64,000 nucleotides of DNA. Origin: the human T2T-CHM13v2.0 reference genome, Homo sapiens. Positions within the stretch are counted from its first letter, which is position 1. Every line of letters starts with the position of its first letter. The notes beneath the pieces are model-generated. The model ran no database searches. It had not been told where the DNA came from and saw only the letters and a program-made list of their open reading frames with translations. The translations under genes were made by a program, and so were the position numbers. Positions 55,691 to 64,000 of this stretch are shown here, piece after piece. Location: NCBI RefSeq assembly GCF_009914755.1, contig NC_060929.1; one strand, given 5' to 3'.

Positions 55691-58429
55691 TAGTTAAAAG
55701 GTTTATTTAAATAAACAAGCTTAGTAAAACATTAATGGTTGAACCAAGGTTGTGTGTATATTGGTGTTAATCGTAAGATTCTTTCAACTTCATTGTAAGT
55801 TTGAAATGATTCATAACTTTATTTATTAGCTAGCATTTATTTGTAAGTTGAAACTTCAGGGTAGGAAGATCCTGAAATGCTTCAAGCACCTACAAGCAAA
55901 CAAAGGTTTGCAAATTAAAATTAACGGTAGAGCACTAACAAAGATGTGCAAATTGCCTCTGAGGTTGTTTTTACTCGGTATGCTTTGTTCACTGCTTTAT
56001 ATTAATCGAAGTAAAACAATTTGTAGGGATAGTAATAACTTTACCATCAACTCGGGTTCCTCTAACCCTAATATTCCCTTGAGATTTTAAGTTTCGTAAT
56101 CATAATTTGTCCTAAGTGCCCACGGTGTGGGAGAAGCTGTGTATTTATGTTTCTGCAGATGATCTATCCTCCTACTTCACAGCAACAAACCTGAGGCTAT
56201 CAGGCATAACTGCCCCATTTCCTGTCCTCCTACCTAGAAGCTTATTTATAACCTTCCCACCCTTGCCCCCTTCCTTCGAGACTCAGAGAGCAGTTCAGGG
56301 TTGGCCACTTATTGTGTCACTTGTTCCTCCCCTTCCTAATTCTTTCAAGGCATTCACTTTTTTTTTAATCAATTATTTTATTTCTTCCTCAAATTGTTAA
56401 ACTTTACACACCAACTCTTCATCACAGCCCCCAAAGCCTGTGAATCTCATCTTTAAACAGTGAATCATGTCCTCCCAAAGCAAAACAAATCAACCACCCT
56501 AACACCTTCTCTCTGCCTCTGTTCTCCTCTGCCTCTTGCCTCCTGTCTTTTCCCAAAGCCAAGGTTCTGCAGAAGACCATCTACACCTGTCGTCTGCATG
56601 GGACTTTCATTCCTCAGTACCCAACTCTCCACCGAGAGCCCTCTGACAAGGTCACTGAGATGTCCCCAAAACCCATGCCAGCAGCCTCTTGTGGTCACCT
56701 TCTTGCTAGACTTTTAGCAGCAGGTGACACCCATGACTGAGTGTCTGCTTGGTATTCTCCCCTCCCCTGGCTTCCAGGACCCCTTTGGCTAGTCCTCGTC
56801 AGCCTCCTTTGCTGGTTCCTCTTCCTCTGCTCACCCTGATAAATATCAGAGCTCTGTCCTTGGTCTTCCTCATATCAAGCCCTAATACACTCTTGCTACA
56901 CAATCCAACTCCTCCCAAGGCCACCCTCAACTCCAGTGACTCTCAGATATACACTGCCCCACAGAATACCAAAAGCCAACACGCAACTTGTTTTCAACAC
57001 TCACTATGTGCTAGGCACTGTTCTAAGCATTTGACCTATGTTGTCTCATCTAATCTTTACAACCCTATCAGGGTGTACTATCATTAACATCCCATTTTAC
57101 TGAGCACAGAGCTCAAACAACTTGCCCATGTCCACACAGCATGAAGCCAGGATTCAAGCCCTGTCCCACACTGTGCTCCTTGCAGAACATCTCCACCTCA
57201 AGGTTTTTCATCCACCTCTAACCTACCATGCCCCAAATGGAATTCACAATCCAAATGGAATCCTTTCCCCCAAACTGTTCTCCTTGTATTTCCAGGGGAA
57301 GATCCAGGCTTGGTGGAGCCTGAGGATTCTATAATTGGCCAGGAAGGGGCTCTTTAGGAAAAAATAAATAAAAAGAAAACAATGAATACAAGAGTAGGTT
57401 TAGGACCTTGATAGTGGATGTGAAAGGGAGGGATTCTCGCACATAACCTTCATTAGCTTCATGGTGAACCCCACCCCATACATTTTGTATTCCAGTGGCT
57501 AGCATCTAGTCATTCCAGCAGGGGCATGGAAAATTCTTCTCTTTATATTCCCTCCCTCTTCCCTTCTTCATCCATATGGAACCATGGATAGCACTCTAGT
57601 TCTACCTTCCTCAAGTCTCTAGAATCCCTCTTTACCTTTTCACGTACACTATCCTGATTAGCTCAGGTCCTCAACATCCCACACTCGGACCATAGCCATA
57701 GTCCACTCTGTCTATTCCTGCCACTTCCTGGACTTTCCCCAACACAGTTCCTGTGCTTAGCAGGGTGACCATCAGAAACATGCATCTCATCAACCCTTCT
57801 GTGATGGTCCATTTTCCTCTGAGTAGCATCTACATTCCTTAGCCCAGCAGTACCCAGCACAGGTCAATCTTGCCAGCTTTACTTTTCCCTGTGCTCTCCT
57901 TTTGTTCCTTTCTTCAACAAATAATTATTGAGGACCTATTCTTGAGTACTATTATGAAGTGCCAATAGTAGGGTAATTGAATGCTAAACACTGAATATGC
58001 AGTAGCAATCAAGACCAGATCTTTCACACCTCTTGTCCCATCACACCAAATAGCTTGCAGTTTTTAGACTCTAAGACTGTGTTCAGCTTCTTTCCCTTTT
58101 CCTAGGCTGCAGGGAAGCTTTTAAATTCATTGATTACCTGAATAATAACCACTTATCCTTCGTGGATCAGATACAGTGTTATCTCCCATATAGAGCATTT
58201 TCTGATCACCCTCCAGCAGCAAAAATGGATCCCTTCCTCATTTCTATCCCAAATGTGCTTTTGAGATCTGATATTCCCTCAGAACACCTAATATACTTTG
58301 ATGCAACTACTTGACTATTGAGAAGGTCTCCCTCATTTCAAAGCAAACATTTGGATCAAAGAGACATCATTTTATTCATCTCTACATCCTCACTGGAACC
58401 TGCCATATAGTAGACACCATACATTCATA

Positions 58430-58770
58430 CATACGTACATTCACCAACTCATTCATCTTCATCCATCCATCCATCTACCCATCCATCCATTCATCTATCT
58501 ACTCACTAATCCATCTACCTACTCACCCATCCAACCATCCATCTACTCTTTCATCCATCTACCTACCCACTTGTCCATTTAACCATCTACTCATCCATCT
58601 ACCCACCCACCTGTCCATCCATCTACCATTTTATTCATTTACCTACCCATCCATCCATCCATCCATCTACTCATCCATCTACCCATCCACCTGTCCATCT
58701 ACCCACTCACTCATCCGTCTACTCACCCACCTGTTTATCCATCCATCTACCCACCCACCTATCCATCCAA
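58430..58770 (+). repeat. Degenerate (CCAT)n/(CCAC)n simple repeat adjoining an L2 3' end (~58770-59200)
   Basis: Repeated catccatc/ctacccac units; explains the 184-aa low-complexity ORF. Confidence 0.85.
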
Positions 58771-60093
58771 CAAATATTTCTGAATGTCCTCAATGTCCCA
58801 GCCATTTCTCCAGACTCTTTGGATATAGAGAAGAACAAGAAAGAAGAGGCCTCTGCTCTCACTAGCCCTACATTCTAGTGTCTGTTGCAGGGTCAGTGAG
58901 GGGTGGGTAGGGGGTCACAGACTACGGAAATAAACAAAGTAGGTGAGTGAGAAGTACTGTAAAGTAAATTAACAGAGCAATATCCCAGAGGGTACTACTT
59001 TAAAAGGAATGGTCAGGTCACCTTACAAGAAGGTGGCCTTTGTGATGAGTCCCAAATGATAAGAAAGGAAGCAGCCAAACAAAGAGAGACAGAAAGTCCT
59101 GATGTGGGAATGAGCTTTGTGTGTTTGAGGAACAGAAAAGAACAGAGTAAGCAGAGGAGAGGACAGAGATGAAGGCAGGGAAGTTAGGGAAAGTGTAAGA
59201 ACTTGGAAAATACAGGAAACTCAGCAACAGCCAGACCTGATTTTGAATCCTTTCTCTAGCATTCATCTCTACACGTATGACCTTAACCAAGTCACCGCAC
59301 CTTTCTTAGCCCCCATTTCCCCATCATGGAATGGGGACACAAGTACCTATGTCATTGGGCTTAGGGGAGAAAGTTCAGTAAAATGTCTGACACATGATAG
59401 ATTTTGACAAACATTATTTCCTCTTCTTTTCTTGCTTTAAACATATAATGATGCTGTTACCTTAAAAGTTAGGTTATGCCATTAGAAGGCGCCTTTGTTC
59501 TTTGCTCTTGTTCTACCAAAATGAGAAAATGGCAAAAATCGCAGGGTGGGTCTCAGTTCTCCATTTTGTTAATATCCAAGTTGATATTTCCCTTTTGCGA
59601 CAGTAACAACAACATGCAAACCAAAATCTGAAACAGCTTCAGTTCTGTGCCCTCAGGATCCAGCGTGGGACTCGTGAGAACCCTCCAGAGACAGCCACAT
59701 TTCGAAGCAAGTGGCACAGGCTTTGCAGAAGGCACACTGGGCCCCTCTCAAAACTCAAGCAGCAAAGATGATGAGAGAGCTGCAGACTTCGGGGCGTGGA
59801 GGATGGGACTAAGCCGCAGAGTGCCTTGTCTAACATGTTTTAGGAAGCACCCTTCTCTTTCCCGACTCACATGGGGCAGCTATAATAATTCAGCTTCACG
59901 TGGCTGAATTATTTTCTGTTTTCACTTGGTTCTTTTTTTCTTCTCCTTTAAGAAAAAAAAAGTCCAAATAGGCTTTGGGCCACACTGGACTACCTAGTAA
60001 GGGGGATAGATGATCTAGATGATTTGAGAGCTGGTTTTCTGAAAAGCCAGGGAGCTCTGGTCTTGAGAAGACTCAGTAGCCAGGAAGCTGAGG

Positions 60094-60095
<2 letters not shown>

Positions 60096-60136
<41 letters not shown>
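60096..60136 (+). repeat. (CA)n microsatellite
   Basis: Direct read. Confidence 0.93.
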
Positions 60137-60139
60137 CCC

Positions 60140-60330
60140 TTCCTGGCTCCAGTTCCGCACCACCCCACACCCCCAACACCGGAAGTAGATTTCTCAATAG
60201 GCAGGGCTGGGTATGAGTCACAGGCAATTCCGTTTTGTTTGGGACCATGAGACCTCCCACTCCTGGGGCCAGAAGGAGTTGCTGAGAAGGAGCTGTGGTT
60301 CTGACCTTCAGGGGAATTCCCACGTCTGTA
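60140..60330. promoter_or_regulatory. Inducible immune promoter/enhancer module
   Basis: CACCC boxes, ETS ACCGGAAGT (60178-86), C/EBP-like ATTTCTCAAT (60189-98), AP-1 TGAGTCA (60214-20), NF-kB GGGGAATTCCC (60311-21). Confidence 0.65.
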
Positions 60331-63300
60331 TGGTGGCTCGTGAAGAGCATGGTTCCTTTTCTCAGCCCTCTTGAGGGGCGAGGATGCTGAGGACTGAAGT
60401 CGGTGGGGCTTGATGCATGTGGTGTGTGGATGGTGTGGGGAGGTGGGGAAGGAGGACTAACATGAATGGTGTGAGGTCTTTCAGAGGGGTCTTCCCAAGG
60501 TCACATAGTTGACGGGGGGTGAGTACTCACACTCGTGCAAAGGTGGGGGATAGGAAGGGAAACTGAGGCCATTAGTATTTGGCACCATAGCTGGTCTCTG
60601 AGGCTTTCAAATGTTCCCCCAGGAGGTTCAGCCTCTGTGGGGAGAAGCCAGGGGAACCCCATGGCACATCCCCAGCCCTGCCTGCTACCCGCCTCTGCCA
60701 TCTCCCCTTCCCCTGGGCTATGAGGGGAGGTAATGAGACCTGTGACTCATACAGTGCTCTCCTTTTCCCTCCTATCAGCTCAGACTAAGCAGAGAAGTGG
60801 GCAGAGCTCTTTCACCAGAGGTGGAGGGGCCTGTTGGGGAGGGGACCCACCAAATCCTTGGGGGTGGTTCTCAGCTCCCCGGAGATAGGGGAGATGAGTC
60901 CTCAGGAAGGCTCTGATCAGGCGTCTTCTGTTCTATTTCCTTTCTTGGGTGGGAATGATGCTTCCCACTTTTGTGGTCCACCTGCAGGCCGCCTTTCATC
61001 CTTCTTCAAGTCACAGAGAGACAGAGAGGAGGGGACGAAGGACGAGCCATGGGGTTTTGAAAGCAGGCACAGCAGCAGGGGTGCTGCCTCCAGGGGTCTG
61101 CTCTGCCAAGAGTTCCTGTCCCAGGTGTCTACAAAAACAGTCAAACTCTATAAAATACTTGGAGATTTATTCTGAGCCAAATATGAGTGACCAATAGCCC
61201 GTGACACAGACCTCAGGAGATCCTGCCCAAGGTGGTCAGGTTACAGTTTGGTTTTATATATATTAGGGAGATACAAGAAATAAATCAATACATAGAAAAT
61301 GTACGTTGGTTTGGTCCGGGAAGGCAGGACAACTCAAAGCAGAGGCTTCAAGTCATAGATACATTCAAAGATTTTCTGATTGACAATTGGTTGAAAAAGT
61401 TGTATTATCATCTAAAGACCTAGAATCAACAGAAGAGAATGTCTGGGTTAAGATGAGAGGTTGTGGAGACCAGGGTTCCCATTATGCAGAGGAAGGCCCA
61501 GGTAGCAGGCTTCAGAGAGAATAGGTTGTAAATGTTTCTTATCGGAATTAATTCTCTCCTGGAGCACGAAAAGGAAGGGGATTCTCTTCGAAATATAGAT
61601 TTTCCCCACAAGAGACAGCTTTGCAGGACTATTTTGAGATACAGCAAATAAACATAACTTGGGGCAAAATACTTTGATTTTTTTTTTTCAGGGCCTGCTC
61701 TCTGTCATGTGATGCTATACTACAGCCAGGCTGGAATTTGGTGTCTTATTGCTACAAAGAATCAGCTTTGTCAATCCTAAGGTCTGTTTTAATGTTAATG
61801 CTGGTCAGTTGTGCCTGAGTTCCAAAAGGTAGCAGGAAATAATGAGGCACGTTCGACCCTCCCTTCCCACCACGGTTTGCACTAGTTTTTCAGGTTAACT
61901 TTGGAAGGCTATTGGCCGAGGCGAGGGGTCCATTCAGATGGTTGGGGGACTTAGAATTTTATTTTTGGTTTACACAGGTCACTGAGAGGCTGCCAGAGGG
62001 CCATTTTCATGACCAGAGGGATCTGTTCAACACCCTGTGGGTCCCAGCACCTATCTCAGGAAGCAGGGTGCATCTGTCCACCACCAAGTCTCAGGGTGGC
62101 TGGGTGAGCGCTCATCAGTCCCAGACAGCAGGTTGGCACAAAACGACACTGCCCACAAAACCACAGGAAGAAGAGAAACTCCGACTGTCTTTCAGCACAC
62201 AGAAGACACTGTACTGGACCCGGACATTAGGCAGACACCCACGCCTGACTTTCAGGAGAAAAGAGAACATGACTAACGGATATTCTTAGTAGATGGTTTA
62301 TTAGAAAAGAGAACATCTTCCAGCATGTGTCCTGGGGTGATGGGTGTGGGAAGCACTCAGTCCATAGTCCTGGTCCCTGGCTTCCCCAAGCCCAGCACCA
62401 TGAATGTACAGTGGAAAGCAGAGGGTGCAGCGTCTCAGAAAGATGCTTCCACTCACAAGGATTGGAGCTCACAAGTGAGCTCGATAACCTGCAAACCAGA
62501 GAAACCTGAGACACTGCCCCTTGGCCATTTTATCAACGGAGACTTTATTGTGATTATCCCGGCAGGGGGCCGAGCTCTCCTCTCTGCAACAGGAAATGCT
62601 CTTTAGTGAAAATGCAGCATTTCTCCAAGGGTAACAAAGCTGAACGCCTGCTTAGCTTATGAACCCTCAGTTGGCCTAGGTGGTGCAAAGACCCTGCTGT
62701 TACTGCTTTGATCATCAGTACTGTGGACTGTACCAGGAGATCCCTGGGAATGTGCTCTGGGCGGAAGCAGCTTTTATCTTTGGCCCTCACCCATGCTTTA
62801 TATGGTGAGGTTGGGAAAATGGCACAAGGCTTCTCCTGAACCTCAAATCAACACCCTTGCCCCATTTAGATCCTATCTGGCTGTTTCTTGCTAATATTAC
62901 TGCATCACTGCACCATCTTTCCTATTTCAGCAAAGTGGAGTCATGTGTGGTTTATGGGGTAGATGGACCCCAAAACTGATAATATGAATCAAGCTATGGT
63001 GTTTACTCCCTAGGAAATGCACAATTTTTCTGGAAACCTACAGAAGCTTCAAATGCATTCGCCATGCAAAGCTAAGTCAGCAGAACAACCCGTTTGGCTT
63101 TGGAGGCTAGTTCAGTTCCGCGGACAGGGAGAAAGATGAGGCAGACTGTGGTTTTTCAGTTCCTGGAGCTTACGGAGCTCCAAAGCTCCCTCTCTTCCCA
63201 CCCTGGCTGCACTGTTCTTAATTTTAGATAATACCCTGCCTTCTCGTATTGCTGCTGAGCTCCTAGCATCCTCAGTTTATCTGTCTGTGAAATGAAAAAT

Positions 63301-63950
63301 CTAATGTTAAATTTTTTACCTATGGCATGAGAGAGATGGCTATGGCTCTTGTGAGCCTCTCTGCAGCCCCTCTTTTCCTTCAATCACCCTCTGTCTCTCC
63401 TGCCTTCTGCTTATTCTCTCTCTCCCCTCATCCCCACTTTCCCAGTGGGTCCTCTGTTCTCTTTTTTTTTTTCTTTTTAAATCTCTCTATGCCTCCAGCC
63501 GAGAAGATAAAGAGTGTACATCTTTCTGGTTAAAAAGTTTTGCTTTGCAGAAACACAGCCAATTTATGATTCTGGCCTTCCCAGCTAGGGACAGTGTTCA
63601 TTTACATTTAGGACCATGAGGAGAGAGGCTTAGCTGTGTGTTTCTGAGGCCGGAGAAAATTACAGTGATATATAACAGTGCTGCACTCATAGAGGTGCTG
63701 AGCCGGGGTTGGGCTCAGGCGGCCGCTAAGCTCAGAGTGGAAAGTTTCAGAGGGGAGGCAGAAAGGAGAGGTCTATAGCTCCTCCAGATTCTAGGTATTA
63801 ATTTACTAAGATATTCCTAAGCCAGAAAACAGAGACAGAAGACAAAGAGAAAGAGGGAAGAAGAGCAAGACAGAGAGTTAGAGAGAGACAAAGAGAGAGA
63901 GTTAGAGACAAAGAGAGACTGGAGAGGAGAGAGAGCAAATATTGAAAGGA
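60250..63950 (+). ncRNA. LINC01366: Probable lncRNA locus upstream of LCP2 (recalled as LINC01366)
   Basis: Based on recollection of the gene order ~33 kb upstream of LCP2 plus the promoter-like module at 60.2 kb. Boundaries and strand are approximate and not derivable from sequence. Confidence 0.35.
61126..61974 (-). mobile_element. Full-length MER4-family (MER4D/E-like) ERV1 solo LTR
   Basis: TG...CA termini (minus start TGTAAACCAAAAATAAAATTCTAAG); 4-bp TSD CAGG (61122-25 / 61975-78). Confidence 0.88.
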
Positions 63951-63970
63951 AAAGGAAAAAGAAAGAAACC
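63826..63970 (+). repeat. AG-rich low-complexity tract
   Basis: gagaca/gagaga repeats. Confidence 0.8.
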
Positions 63971-64000
63971 TGACAGCTCATGACCTTTTAAAAAGTTACA

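Noticed and set aside
58311-58865. 184-aa His/Pro/Ser/Ile-rich ORF
   Set aside because: Translation of the degenerate (CCAT)n repeat
62297-62302. Minus-strand AATAAA as the 3' end of a neighbouring gene
   Set aside because: An isolated hexamer with no upstream coding exon visible in the window

Overview
Primate (almost certainly human) genomic DNA containing the 5' half of LCP2 (SLP-76, a haematopoietic signalling adaptor) on the minus strand. Six coding exons (ATG at 26465; exons of 78, 63, 47, 66, 32 and 38 nt, all GT-AG) splice in frame to the first 108 aa, covering the SAM domain and the start of the acidic region. Exon 7 lies beyond the left edge. The ~37 kb upstream is intergenic and rich in transposons: Alus, solo ERV1/ERVL/MaLR LTRs, L1/L2/MIR, hAT MERs, and a complete Ricksha-type Mutator-like element that has captured an ERVL LTR. 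It also holds several dense immune-type transcription-factor motif clusters, one probably the promoter of a lncRNA near 60.2 kb. I find no new protein-coding system, and almost all ORFs in the supplied track are repeat-derived or chance. The best leads are regulatory: a two-AUG uORF and an open in-frame leader in the LCP2 5'UTR, a helically phased ACGT motif array at 36.7 kb, and an ETS/C-EBP/AP-1/NF-kB module at 60.2 kb. Several unusual transposon insertion structures are also noted. Repeat family names are from recognition, not a database search.
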